Below the pieces are notes generated by a model. It was not told the origin of the DNA and ran no database searches. It saw only the letters and a list, made by a program, of their open reading frames with translations. A stretch of DNA of 64,000 nt from Bacteroidia bacterium (GTDB lineage: Bacteria > Bacteroidota > Bacteroidia > UKL13-3). The position numbers and the translations under genes are program-made. The stretch spans positions 102,144 to 166,143 of the forward strand of contig JACMQU010000117.1 of assembly GCA_014376805.1 (NCBI GenBank), read 5' to 3'. The stretch's first letter is position 1; every line of letters begins with the position of its first letter. This document shows, one piece after another, positions 37,352 to 47,112 of this stretch.

Positions 37352-38422
37352 ATGAAAAACATTTGCTTACTTATATTTATTTTCCTGAGTTTTAATACAC
37401 GGGCACAAAATGATGAAACTATTTTATTTGGCGAAAGTGATATTGATAAATTCCAAACGGCAACCAAAACTATAGAAGTTTACACAAGCAGTTTTGCTGA
37501 AGGGAGTTTGCGGTTAGATCAGTTCCTTAAAAACTATCATGTGGTAATCAATAAATCTAACAAAACAGAAGTAGCTTATGAAGTGATTTTTAAGATAGAC
37601 TTAAAATACCTGCAGGCTGTTGATTCATTAGCTTCAAAATTGGGTTATGCTACGCAGAATTCTTATAATACACAGAATATGGGTTCAGAAATAATAAATT
37701 TGCAACAGAAAATAAAACGCATGGAAATAAACAACAAAAGCGTTGATGAAGAATTACGAAGCAGTGTGCTGAATGAAAGCGAAAAAAGCACTTTGCGTAA
37801 CCATATCCGGAATAATAATAGTATCATTAGCGATTTAAAATTTCGGATGGATGAGATTAACAATAACACAAAGGCTTATCATCTTTGCGAGGTTAACTTT
37901 AAATTGCACGATGAAATTACAACTCCAGAAAACAGCAGAATCTCCTTTGTAAACATGCCCGGATTTGAATACAATTATTTGTTTATAGAAAATCCAAAAG
38001 TTGGTTTAAGTGCTTCACTTTACCAAGGTATTGGGGTTAAGTATATGTTTACAAGGGGGAAGAGTTATTTTAACCTGGGTGTTTATAAAGCAGTTAATAA
38101 TAATAAAACCGATTCAACGCTCATCAGAGATATGTTTAATATTCAATTCGGACAGGATTTTTACCCAAAGCATTTTGGCCGGGGCAAACGTAAGTTTCTT
38201 AATTTATATACCGGCTACCAGGCAGGTGGATTCATTGCTACCAGAAACAATGATATAAGCAACGGATTTACGCCGCTTGTTAATCTTATCATTGGTGTTG
38301 AACTTTTCAAATCAAAGCATATATTAATTGATAATAAAGCAAGTTATTTTCTTCCATTAAGCGATTTGAACCGGAATTTAAGAGGAATCAATTACGGGGT
38401 TTCTCTGAACTTTGTTTTTTAG
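37352..38422 (+). CDS. Secreted protein: DUF4349-like coiled-coil N-domain fused to a putative small outer-membrane beta-barrel
   Basis: The signal peptide is MKNICLLIFIFLSFNTRAQ. A central coiled coil follows. The C-terminal half has alternating amphipathic strands and ends in ...GVSLNFVF, with a terminal Phe typical of OMPs. Confidence 0.5.
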   Translation: MKNICLLIFIFLSFNTRAQNDETILFGESDIDKFQTATKTIEVYTSSFAEGSLRLDQFLKNYHVVINKSNKTEVAYEVIFKIDLKYLQAVDSLASKLGYATQNSYNTQNMGSEIINLQQKIKRMEINNKSVDEELRSSVLNESEKSTLRNHIRNNNSIISDLKFRMDEINNNTKAYHLCEVNFKLHDEITTPENSRISFVNMPGFEYNYLFIENPKVGLSASLYQGIGVKYMFTRGKSYFNLGVYKAVNNNKTDSTLIRDMFNIQFGQDFYPKHFGRGKRKFLNLYTGYQAGGFIATRNNDISNGFTPLVNLIIGVELFKSKHILIDNKASYFLPLSDLNRNLRGINYGVSLNFVF

Positions 38423-38500
38423 ATTTTAAAGTAGTGATAGAAATTGTTTACGATTTTTGAAAGACAGATGTTTTTTATCCTTAGAAAATAAATTGTAAAA

Positions 38501-39604
38501 TTAATCGCTTACCAACATTCCCTCTTTAATTTCAAAATAACTTACGGGTGTATCCAGTTTAGCTATCACATCATGCAATCTTTCTGCTTGCGTATCGGTT
38601 ATAAAAATTTGTCCGAAATGTCCTTTAGCGATCAAGGCTAATAATTTATTCAGCCTTTCACTATCGAGCTTCTCAAATATATCATCAATTAACAAAAGCG
38701 GCTTAACATTTTTGGCCTCCATCAGGTAATCAAACTGCGCAAGTTTTAAGGCAATAATGAACGATTTTTGCTGACCTTGTGAACCGAATTTTTTCAATCC
38801 CATTTCATTTATCATAAAAGAAAGGTCATCCCGGTGAATGCCCCGTGAGGTTCGCATCAGTTCAAAGTCGGTTTGTTCACTGGAATGAAGTAGTTGCGGG
38901 TATGCAAGTTTTTGCACATCACTTTCATAAGCTAAGGCTACAGGCTCATTGCTGCCTGCAATCATTTGATAGTATGCTATAAAAACAGGTGTAAACTGTT
39001 CAATAAAATGCAGTCGTTTCTGATATATATACATGCCGCTTTTACTGAGTTGCATGGTATAGGTATCAAGTAAATCTCTGTTTATATACCGGTGTTCGTA
39101 AAAATCTTTTAACAGCTTGTTACGCTGATCCAAAGCCTTATTATAAAGTATCAGTTCATTTAAATAAATGCGGTCGGCCTGCGAAATGATCATGTCAATA
39201 AATTTTCTCCGCTCTTCACTACCTTCATAAATAAGATTGATATCGCCGGGTACAATCATTACAAGGGGAAGTGTGCCAATATAATCTGCAAAGCGGGCCA
39301 CTTCGTTGTTGTTTACCAGTAATGTTTTTTTTGAACCTTTTTGAAAAACCACACGAATGTTTTCGGTAATTTCATTTTTAACTAAAAGTGCTTCAACAGT
39401 AAAAAACATTTCACCATTTAAAATATGCTGCTGATCTACCGGATTGAAATAACTTTTAGTAAAGGCCAGGTAATAAATAGCATCAAGCACATTAGTTTTA
39501 CCGGCACCGTTTAATCCTACCAAACAATTTAATTGCGGGTTGAACCTAAATTGTGTCTGAGCATAATTTTTAAACTGGTTGAGTGTAAGTTGTTGTAAAT
39601 ACAT
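38501..39604 (-). CDS. recF: DNA replication and repair protein RecF
   Basis: The N-terminus MYLQQLTLNQFKNY...LVGLNGAGKTNVLDAIYYL carries Walker A. The SMC-like signature FGSQGQQKS and the Walker B LLLIDDIFEKLD are present. Confidence 0.92.
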   Translation of the reverse strand: MYLQQLTLNQFKNYAQTQFRFNPQLNCLVGLNGAGKTNVLDAIYYLAFTKSYFNPVDQQHILNGEMFFTVEALLVKNEITENIRVVFQKGSKKTLLVNNNEVARFADYIGTLPLVMIVPGDINLIYEGSEERRKFIDMIISQADRIYLNELILYNKALDQRNKLLKDFYEHRYINRDLLDTYTMQLSKSGMYIYQKRLHFIEQFTPVFIAYYQMIAGSNEPVALAYESDVQKLAYPQLLHSSEQTDFELMRTSRGIHRDDLSFMINEMGLKKFGSQGQQKSFIIALKLAQFDYLMEAKNVKPLLLIDDIFEKLDSERLNKLLALIAKGHFGQIFITDTQAERLHDVIAKLDTPVSYFEIKEGMLVSD

Positions 39605-39897
39605 CGTGGCGAATTTATGATTTGTACCCGCATAAAATATAGTAGAATTTGAAAAAGCTGATTTAACAAGGTAATGGGCCTTTTTGTAAATTTTATTGTG
39701 ACGTTCTTCTAAATTAACAGGCGATAAATATTTTGTGTTGCTTACAAATGAGAATGTTTAGAAGCGAATTTATTTTACTGCCATTTTAAGTATTTTGCGT
39801 TCAAATAGTATGATAAATCGCTTAAGCACTGAATATGAGCAGATAAAGAGTTCTTGTGAAAAGCAATAATTTGTATATTTTTGCCACTCTCAAAAAA

Positions 39898-40893
39898 ATG
39901 GCAACAAGTACTTTTACAAAAGAAACATACCTAAACTGGTTTGAGCAAATGTTGCTTATGCGTAGGTTTGAAGAAAAGGCTGCTCAATTATATGGACAAC
40001 AGAAGATTAAAGGCTTCTGCCACCTGTATATTGGTCAGGAAGCTGTTGTTGCCGGAACCATGAGTGCGCTTAAAAAGGAAGACCGTTTGATTACTGCCTA
40101 TCGGGATCATGCACACGCATTGGCTTGTGGCATTACGGCGCGTGAAGTGATGGCAGAACTATATGGTAAAGTTACAGGTTGCTCTAAAGGCAAAGGTGGT
40201 TCCATGCACATGTTTAGCAAAGAACATAATTTTTTTGGCGGACATGGAATTGTTGGAGGGCAGATTCCTTTAGGAGCGGGTATTGCATTTGCAGATCAGT
40301 ACCGCGGTGGCGATCAGGTTACTGTTTGCTATTTTGGCGATGGTGCAGCGAGGCAGGGTGCTTTGCATGAAACATTTAATATGGCTATGCTTTGGAAATT
40401 ACCGGTAATCTTTGTTATTGAGAATAACGGTTATGCCATGGGTACTTCTGTAGAACGCACTACCAATGTTATGGAGTTGTATAAAATTGGTGAAAGTTAT
40501 GCAATGCCTTCTTTCGCTGTTGATGGTATGCAACCGGAAACTGTGCATGAAGCAATATCAGAGGCGGCTGCAAATGCCCGAAAAGGTGATGGACCAACTT
40601 TGTTAGAGATTCGCACCTACCGTTTTCGTGGCCATAGTATGAGCGACCCGGCTAAATATCGTACAAAAGAAGAAGTGGAAGAATATAAAAGTAAAGACCC
40701 GATAGAACAGGTTAGGGCAACTTTATTAAAGAAGAAATGGGCTACTGATGCTGCACTTGAACAGATTGAAGACAAAATAACAGCAAACATTCAGGATGCT
40801 GTAGAATTTAGCGAAAACTCGCCATACCCAGAGGCCTCGGCCCTGTATGAAGATGTTTATTTTGAGAAAAATTATCCGTTTATTAAAGAATAA
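39898..40893 (+). CDS. pdhA: Pyruvate dehydrogenase (acetyl-transferring) E1 component, alpha subunit
   Basis: The ThDP-binding region is present: GFCHLYIGQEA, YFGDGAARQGALHE, ENNGYAMGT and YRFRGHSMSDP. The start is set at the ATG at 39898 rather than the GTG at 39856. Confidence 0.88.
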   Translation: MATSTFTKETYLNWFEQMLLMRRFEEKAAQLYGQQKIKGFCHLYIGQEAVVAGTMSALKKEDRLITAYRDHAHALACGITAREVMAELYGKVTGCSKGKGGSMHMFSKEHNFFGGHGIVGGQIPLGAGIAFADQYRGGDQVTVCYFGDGAARQGALHETFNMAMLWKLPVIFVIENNGYAMGTSVERTTNVMELYKIGESYAMPSFAVDGMQPETVHEAISEAAANARKGDGPTLLEIRTYRFRGHSMSDPAKYRTKEEVEEYKSKDPIEQVRATLLKKKWATDAALEQIEDKITANIQDAVEFSENSPYPEASALYEDVYFEKNYPFIKE

Positions 40894-40909
40894 GAAAAGA
40901 AGAACACTA

Positions 40910-41608
40910 ATGGACAACAAAGAAGAAAAATACACAGAATTAGAATTAGATCATCAACTCATTGAAACTACGCATAAGGTAGAACATTTTTATCATAACT
41001 ATAAGAAGCAGATTAATATCGCTCTTATTGCTGTTGCAGCATGCATTTTAGGTTATATAGGATTTAAAATGTATTATCTTGAACCTAAAGAAAAAGAAGC
41101 TCAGTCAGTAATGTTCAACGCACAAACCTGGTTTGAAAAAGATAGTTTTGACCTTGCTTTAAAAGGACAGGGGGAAATACCCGGTTTTGAAAGTATTGCA
41201 GAGGAGTATGGTTTAACAAAGGCGGGTAATTTAGCGCATTATTATGCAGGAATATGTTTTATGCGCAAAGGTGAATTTCAAAATGCAATTGATCACTTAG
41301 ATCATTTTAGCAGCGATAATAAGCTAGTAGGGCCCTTGGCTGAAGGCTTAAAAGGAGACGCTTACGTAGAACTGAATGAACTTGAAAAGGGTGCTAAGCA
41401 TTATATGAAAGCTGCAGGCATGAGCAAAAATAAATTAACCGCTCCCATGTTCCTTAAAAAGGCAGGTATGGTTTATGAGGATTTAAAAAAATATGAGGAT
41501 GCCATTGATGCCTACGAAAAAATAAAGAAAGATTATATGGAAGCTACCGAAGGACAGGATATTGATAAATTTATTGCCCGCGCAACCGCCGAAAAAACAG
41601 GCAGCTAA
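40910..41608 (+). CDS. Membrane-anchored TPR-like protein (YfgM-like architecture)
   Basis: An N-terminal TM helix (INIALIAVAACILGYIGF) is followed by TPR-like helices (AHYYAGICFMRKGEFQNAI, YEDAIDAYEKI). The start is set at the internal ATG. Confidence 0.5.
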   Translation: MDNKEEKYTELELDHQLIETTHKVEHFYHNYKKQINIALIAVAACILGYIGFKMYYLEPKEKEAQSVMFNAQTWFEKDSFDLALKGQGEIPGFESIAEEYGLTKAGNLAHYYAGICFMRKGEFQNAIDHLDHFSSDNKLVGPLAEGLKGDAYVELNELEKGAKHYMKAAGMSKNKLTAPMFLKKAGMVYEDLKKYEDAIDAYEKIKKDYMEATEGQDIDKFIARATAEKTGS

Positions 41609-41673
41609 GTACGCATTTGATTTTAATGGCGAATATTTTTTTTAAAAAGATATGCCCGCTTTTTTTAATGAAT

Positions 41674-41708
41674 AAGCCATTTTCCAACCAAAGAGAATGG
41701 CTTTTCTG
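41674..41708 (+). terminator. Rho-independent terminator
   Basis: The stem AAGCCATT/AATGGCTT (8 bp) has a 14-nt loop and is followed by TTTTCTGTT. Confidence 0.5.
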
Positions 41709-41748
41709 TTAAGTATAAAAGGGATAATTTCCTAAATAAAAACTTATC

Positions 41749-42246
41749 ATGTCTGTTAACCTAAAACATTTATCAGCTACAACTTTGGATGCTGCAAAAA
41801 CCTTCAAAAAATTTAAAATAGGAATGGTAGTTTCCGAATGGAATTCTGAAATTACATTTAGTATGCGTGATGCTGCCATTGAGTTTATGAAGGCAAAAGG
41901 TGTTAGTGAAAAAAGCATTATAGTACATTCTGTTCCGGGAGCCTTTGAATTGCCGTTGGGTGCTCAATACCTGGCACAACAAAAAAGAATTGACGCTATA
42001 ATTACAATTGGTTGTGTAATTAAGGGTGAAACAAAACATTTTGATTTTATATGCCATGCGTGTGCAAGTGGCATAACGCAGGTTTCTCTTAAATACAACA
42101 AACCGGTAATTTTTGGCGTACTTACTACTAACAATCTTCAGCAGGCACAGGATAGGGTTGGAGGTAAACATGGTAACAAAGGTGTGGAAGCCGCAGAAAC
42201 CGTTCTTAAAATGCTGCAACTTCAGCGCTCATTGGAAGAGATGTAA
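41749..42246 (+). CDS. ribH: 6,7-dimethyl-8-ribityllumazine synthase
   Basis: The family pattern is typical: KIGMVVSEWNSEIT, VPGAFELP, IGCVIKGETKHFDFI and NKGVEAA. Confidence 0.9.
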   Translation: MSVNLKHLSATTLDAAKTFKKFKIGMVVSEWNSEITFSMRDAAIEFMKAKGVSEKSIIVHSVPGAFELPLGAQYLAQQKRIDAIITIGCVIKGETKHFDFICHACASGITQVSLKYNKPVIFGVLTTNNLQQAQDRVGGKHGNKGVEAAETVLKMLQLQRSLEEM

Positions 42247-42361
42247 TTTTTTTGTTAATAGATTATTGAAATGCGACGTGGAAATACACGTGTTATTTCA
42301 TAGTTATTTGCACGTGTAATATTATCTACTTATATTTGTTTATCATATTCAAATCATTATC

Positions 42362-42610
42362 ATGAACACTAAATTAACATTGACTTTAGAACAAAGTGTA
42401 ATTCAAAAAGCAAAAAAATATGCAAAAGCTAATGACTGGAGTTTATCTAAAATAATTGAAAATTATTTAAAGGTACTTACGAAAGCAAATAATTCAAATG
42501 AAATAGAATTAACCCCAATTGTAAAATCTTTAAAAGGCTCTTTCACAAATCCTAAAGATGTAGATTATAAAAAGGAATTAACAAAGCGTTTATCTGAAAA
42601 ATATTTATAA
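42362..42610 (+). CDS. Type II antitoxin (small DUF6364-like protein) paired with a PIN toxin
   Basis: This 82-aa ORF ends 3 nt before the PIN gene. Its N-terminus LTLTLEQSVIQKAKKYAKANDWSLSKIIENYLK is typical of Bacteroidota PIN-associated antitoxins. The family assignment is from memory. Confidence 0.6.
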   Translation: MNTKLTLTLEQSVIQKAKKYAKANDWSLSKIIENYLKVLTKANNSNEIELTPIVKSLKGSFTNPKDVDYKKELTKRLSEKYL

Positions 42611-42613
42611 TTA

Positions 42614-43033
42614 ATGACACGCATTTTAATCGATACAGATGTTATTCTTGATTTTTTTTTCGACAGACAACCCTTTGCAGATAATGCCGCAAAAATACTT
42701 TCTCTTTGTGAATCTAAGGAAATAATGGGTTTTGTAACACCAGTAATTATCAGCAATGTCTACTATTTACTCAGGCAAACCACTAAGCATGAAAAGGTGG
42801 TAGAAAAATTGAAACTGTTAATTTCAATTACTGAAATATTAATAATTGACAAAGCAATAATACTTCAGGCTATGAACTCAGAGTTTAAAGATGTTGAAGA
42901 TGCAATTCAAAATTATGCAGCAGAATCTGATAAGAAAATTGATGTCATATTAACACGAAATTTAAAAGATTTTAAAAATAGCTCGTTAGCTGTAATGACA
43001 CCTGACAATTATATTAAACTTAAAACTGCCTGA
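42614..43033 (+). CDS. vapC: PIN-domain ribonuclease toxin (VapC-like)
   Basis: The N-terminal ILIDTDVILDFF carries acidic residues. Later acidic positions (..FKDVEDAIQ.., ..ILTRNLKDF) fit the PIN quartet. The size is 139 aa. Confidence 0.75.
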   Translation: MTRILIDTDVILDFFFDRQPFADNAAKILSLCESKEIMGFVTPVIISNVYYLLRQTTKHEKVVEKLKLLISITEILIIDKAIILQAMNSEFKDVEDAIQNYAAESDKKIDVILTRNLKDFKNSSLAVMTPDNYIKLKTA

Positions 43034-43060
43034 AACGCTCTCAATTAAATCCATATGCCA

Positions 43061-43090
43061 GCTAAGGCCTAAAGGCTAAAAGCTAACAGC
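43061..43090. repeat. Short heptamer microrepeat (GCTAAGG CCTAAAG GCTAAAA GCTAACA)
   Basis: Four consecutive 7-nt units of (G/C)CTAA(A/G/C)(G/A) were read directly in the intergenic region downstream of the PIN gene. Confidence 0.5.
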
Positions 43091-43179
43091 ATGAACACTA
43101 AAATAGTATTCAAGTTAAATTGTTGTAAGCACTTTTATTAAATCCTTCTTTACCTTATGTTTGATGCACAAATTTTATC

Positions 43180-44685
43180 ATGCAATTATTTCGTCTTTTA
43201 CTAAGTATATTTCTTTTTGCCATTGTGTTTACCGCCTGTAAAAAAGGTTTTACCGGTGAGCGTAAAACGATAGCTCCTCCCGAAACCTTTATGGTGGTGG
43301 ATACCCTATTCAGGTCTGGCGATAACCGTTTAAGCACGCGTGTTGATGCAAATTGGTGGGGTAATTCTTCAGGTGGAATTATTGTAGGTTATGAAGTATC
43401 TACAGATAGTATGCTGAGTTGGCATTTTACTACCAGCCAGGATAGTAGTTTTCTATTAAAAATACCGCCCGGGCAAGATAGTACAGATGCAGTTGTTTAT
43501 GTGAGGGCTATTGATAATCTGGGCCAAAAAGATCCAACCCCTGCTTCTACCTTATATCCTATTAAAAACTCTAAACCAGATGTTCGTTTCCTTTTTTCAA
43601 CGCCTATTGCAAACATTGCTTCTCAAAATCCAACGGTGGTATTCCCTGTTTTAAAATATAATATTTTTGGCACCGATCCGGATGGAATCGGAGACATAAA
43701 GGAGTTTGAACTATGTATTAATGACACCCTTACAACGCCATTTATTTTACCCTTCAATACAAGTGCATTTACGTTAATTGCTAAAAATGTGAATACAGAT
43801 TCAAGTATGTGTTCTGTATTTATTAACAGTGCTAATACTCCCCTTTCATTAGCTACAGGTTATTTGCGGTTAAATGGGGCTAATATTATTTATATCAGGG
43901 TGGTTGATAAGGCATTGTCTAAATCGTTTTTTGTAGCAACGCCTAAAGTATGGGTTAAGAAAGTGGCAGGAAATACACTGGTGATTAATGCTTATAGCAG
44001 TAACAAAAACTTTGTTCAAAATTTTTACCTGAATTCTCTTAAAAATATTGGGATCAACCAGTTTGATACCATGCAGGCAACGGAAGTAATTAATAATAAT
44101 TATACGCAGTTACAACCCGATTTTCAAACGCAAAGCAGAACTTTTGCTTTATTTAAAAACATGGTTTGGTTTGGCGATGACGCTAATTTTTCTTTGCCTT
44201 TGGGCCAACGCAGTACTGCCGATTTTTTTAACAAAGGTGGCAGTTTATTTATGGCAATTGCTATTAATTCAAGCTTTGATCCCTTATCTAATTTTCTTGA
44301 CTGGACACCTGTAAGGAACTTAGTTAATCCGCCACCCAATGCCATTTTCAGGGTTAATGTAAACGCATTAGTGAATTCTACAAAATCAGGCTGGCCAACT
44401 ATTAAATCAACCGTTATAATAGCCAGTGCCAGGCCTTTTGAACTGCCGGCAAATACAGCCACTTCGGGTTATGACTCCTTATACTACGGCGGAATTATTG
44501 AGAGCATTACAGGTAATCCACCCATACCCTGGATAGGTGTTTCAACGGTAATTGCTAAACGCTATTCGATCTCTGGCAACAAAACAAATTTTGTGATGAG
44601 TAGTTTACCCCTTGAAAGGTTCAATGGAAATAACAATACAGATTCTTTGTTTAAACGCCTTTTAATTGATGAACTTGGTTTTTAA
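43180..44685 (+). CDS. Hypothetical lipoprotein (501 aa)
   Basis: The lipoprotein signal peptide is MQLFRLLLSIFLFAIVFTAC. The rest is beta-rich with no catalytic motif that I recognise. Confidence 0.6.
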   Translation: MQLFRLLLSIFLFAIVFTACKKGFTGERKTIAPPETFMVVDTLFRSGDNRLSTRVDANWWGNSSGGIIVGYEVSTDSMLSWHFTTSQDSSFLLKIPPGQDSTDAVVYVRAIDNLGQKDPTPASTLYPIKNSKPDVRFLFSTPIANIASQNPTVVFPVLKYNIFGTDPDGIGDIKEFELCINDTLTTPFILPFNTSAFTLIAKNVNTDSSMCSVFINSANTPLSLATGYLRLNGANIIYIRVVDKALSKSFFVATPKVWVKKVAGNTLVINAYSSNKNFVQNFYLNSLKNIGINQFDTMQATEVINNNYTQLQPDFQTQSRTFALFKNMVWFGDDANFSLPLGQRSTADFFNKGGSLFMAIAINSSFDPLSNFLDWTPVRNLVNPPPNAIFRVNVNALVNSTKSGWPTIKSTVIIASARPFELPANTATSGYDSLYYGGIIESITGNPPIPWIGVSTVIAKRYSISGNKTNFVMSSLPLERFNGNNNTDSLFKRLLIDELGF

Positions 44686-44691
44686 AAAAAA

Positions 44692-45264
44692 ATGATGAAC
44701 CTGGTTTTATTTGCAAGTGGCAGCGGTAGCAATGCAGAAAATGTAGTTAAATATTTTAAGCAACATCCTTCAGTAAAAATAAGCGCCTTGTTTTGTAATA
44801 ATGCAAAGGCAGGTGTAATAGCTAAAATGGATGCTTTAGAGGTACCTGTTGTTGTATTTAATAAGGCACTCTTTGAAGACTCTGCGCAGTTCCTTTCACA
44901 TGTAAGTTCATACAAACCCGATTATATTATTTTGTTAGGATTTTTATGGAAAATACCTGTTTATCTGGTGAAGGCGTATGCAGGTAAAATTATAAATTTA
45001 CATCCTGCATTGTTACCAAAATATGGCGGCAGTGGAATGTATGGCCGGCATGTACACCATGCTGTAAAACAATCGGGCGATACCGAAACAGGCATTACCC
45101 TGCACCGGGTAAATGAGCATTATGATGAAGGGGAGGTAATTGCTCAATTTAAGTGTTTGGTTGAACCAACTGATACAATTGAAATTATTGCCGAAAAGAT
45201 TCATTTGCTGGAGCAAGAACATGTACCCGCGGTAATAAAAAGTTTATCGTTCCCGTTTATATAA
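44692..45264 (+). CDS. purN: Phosphoribosylglycinamide formyltransferase
   Basis: VLFASGSGSNAEN, INLHPALLPKYGG and the downstream Asp-containing region match PurN. Confidence 0.88.
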   Translation: MMNLVLFASGSGSNAENVVKYFKQHPSVKISALFCNNAKAGVIAKMDALEVPVVVFNKALFEDSAQFLSHVSSYKPDYIILLGFLWKIPVYLVKAYAGKIINLHPALLPKYGGSGMYGRHVHHAVKQSGDTETGITLHRVNEHYDEGEVIAQFKCLVEPTDTIEIIAEKIHLLEQEHVPAVIKSLSFPFI

Positions 45265-45591
45265 TATGTATCAGGGATTTACACTAGCTTAAGCTAAGCG
45301 TTAGGATAATTTGTAAAAAGTAATACCAATAATACTAACAGCTTTTTGCAGAAAAAAATTATAGTACATTCAAAATTTTGCTTCCCACACTATTGTGGGA
45401 CAGGCAAAGATTCTTAATGCGGCTGCAAAGTACCTCCAGGCACATTATACAATGGCACTTCTCTGCAGCAAAGTGCCCCCGGCCACAGTTCACCAAAAAA
45501 TATAACTTGTGAACTTACTTGGGAGGAATTAAATTTTTACAAAAGCCCCTCTTCATTCCTTAATTTGCGCAACTTTTATTCATAACTATTC

Positions 45592-47112
45592 ATGCACATT
45601 AAAATTACCAATGCCTTAATTTCGGTTTATTACAAAAATGGTCTGGAGCCAATTGCCAGAGCACTTCATCAGTTGGGTGTAAATATTTATTCAACAGGAG
45701 GTACACAGGAATTCATTGAAAAACTTGGCATTCCGGTTAATGCAGTTGAAAAATTAACCGGTTATCCCAGCATTTTGGGAGGAAGGGTAAAAACATTACA
45801 TCCCAAAATTTTCGGGGGTATTTTGGCAAGGAGAGAATTATTGCAGGATTTGGATGAAGTTAAAGAATATGAGATCCCCTTGTTTGATCTTGTAATGGTT
45901 GATTTGTATCCGTTTGAAGAAACGCTTGCTCAAACAAATGAGGAAGAAAAAATCATAGAAAAAATTGATATCGGGGGTGTTTCTCTTATCAGGGCCGCTG
46001 CAAAAAATTTCAAACACAGCCTCATTGTTTCGCATACCTCGCAATATGAATCGCTGTTAAAAATTCTGTTGGATCAACAAGGATGTTCAGAGTTGGTTCA
46101 ACGCAAAACTTTTGCTGCAGGTGCCTTTAATGTAACCTCAGATTATGATGCTGCTATTTTTAATTATTTTAATGAAACAGAAGCATTGCCTGCTATAAAA
46201 ATAAGTTACACAGAAGGCAAAGCTTTACGATATGGAGAGAACCCGCATCAAAAAGGGTTTTTCTTTGGCAATTTAGCGAACCTAATAAAGCAATTGCATG
46301 GTAAAGAATTATCTTATAATAATTTACTGGATGTTGATGCCGCGGTAAGTTTGTTAAACGATTTTGCTGAACCAACTGTTGCTGTTATAAAGCATAATAA
46401 TCCGTGTGGTGTTGCCTCGCGCGAAAGTATTTATGCAGCATGGACAGACGCATTGGCAGCCGATCCTGTTTCGGCATTTGGTGGAGTTATAGCCCTGAAC
46501 CGACCTGTTGATTTGGCAACCGCAAAAGAGATGGATAAGATTTTTCTGGAAGTATTAATTGCACCAGCTTATGATGAAGATGCTTTACAATTATTGCAAG
46601 GTAAAAAGAACAGAATTATACTGCAGATAACAGGGCAATTGCCCACATCACAAACGGTAAGATCAGTATTAAACGGGGTATTGGTGCAAGATAGAAACAC
46701 TGTTGTTTTAAAGGCTGGAGATTTAAAACCGGTAACCTCCCATATTGCCACTGAGGCACAAATTGAAGATTTGTTGTTTGCCGATAAAATTGTAAAACAT
46801 ACAAAATCAAATACCATTGTACTTGCCAAAAACAAGCAACTGTTGGGCATTGGTTGTGGACAAACATCAAGGATAGATGCTTTAAAACAGGCTATAGGAA
46901 AGGCCGCAGCTTTTGAGTTTGATTTACACGGAGCAGCCATGAGCAGTGATGCTTTTTTCCCTTTTCCGGATTGTGTGGAAATAGCTTATCAGGCGGGAAT
47001 AAGGCTGGTAATACAACCAGGTGGTTCAATTAAAGATAAAGAGAGTACACAGTTTTGCGAACAACATGAGATGGCGATGTACACTACCGGGATCAGGCAT
47101 TTTAAACATTAG
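45592..47112 (+). CDS. purH: Bifunctional AICAR transformylase / IMP cyclohydrolase
   Basis: The MGS-like N-domain shows ALISVYYKNGL...STGGT and GGRVKTLHPKI. The C-terminal AICARFT domain shows YGENPHQ and VIQPGGSIKD. Confidence 0.93.
   Translation: MHIKITNALISVYYKNGLEPIARALHQLGVNIYSTGGTQEFIEKLGIPVNAVEKLTGYPSILGGRVKTLHPKIFGGILARRELLQDLDEVKEYEIPLFDLVMVDLYPFEETLAQTNEEEKIIEKIDIGGVSLIRAAAKNFKHSLIVSHTSQYESLLKILLDQQGCSELVQRKTFAAGAFNVTSDYDAAIFNYFNETEALPAIKISYTEGKALRYGENPHQKGFFFGNLANLIKQLHGKELSYNNLLDVDAAVSLLNDFAEPTVAVIKHNNPCGVASRESIYAAWTDALAADPVSAFGGVIALNRPVDLATAKEMDKIFLEVLIAPAYDEDALQLLQGKKNRIILQITGQLPTSQTVRSVLNGVLVQDRNTVVLKAGDLKPVTSHIATEAQIEDLLFADKIVKHTKSNTIVLAKNKQLLGIGCGQTSRIDALKQAIGKAAAFEFDLHGAAMSSDAFFPFPDCVEIAYQAGIRLVIQPGGSIKDKESTQFCEQHEMAMYTTGIRHFKH

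Noticed and set aside
41609-41748. An FMN (RFN) riboswitch upstream of ribH
   Set aside because: The 140-nt spacer is AT-rich and lacks the conserved RFN core. It is better explained by a terminator hairpin (41674-41708) plus a promoter.
45265-45591. A ZTP (pfl) riboswitch upstream of purH, the classic location for that element
   Set aside because: I looked for the conserved GACUGGCG ... CCGGG ... CCGCCUGGGCA blocks. The nearest strings are GGGACAGGCAAAG and CCTCCAGGCACA. They are not complementary in the way the pseudoknot requires and they miss core positions. Only short hairpins are present (CCCACA-CTAT-TGTGGG and GTTCAC-N15-GTGAAC). An Infernal scan would settle it.
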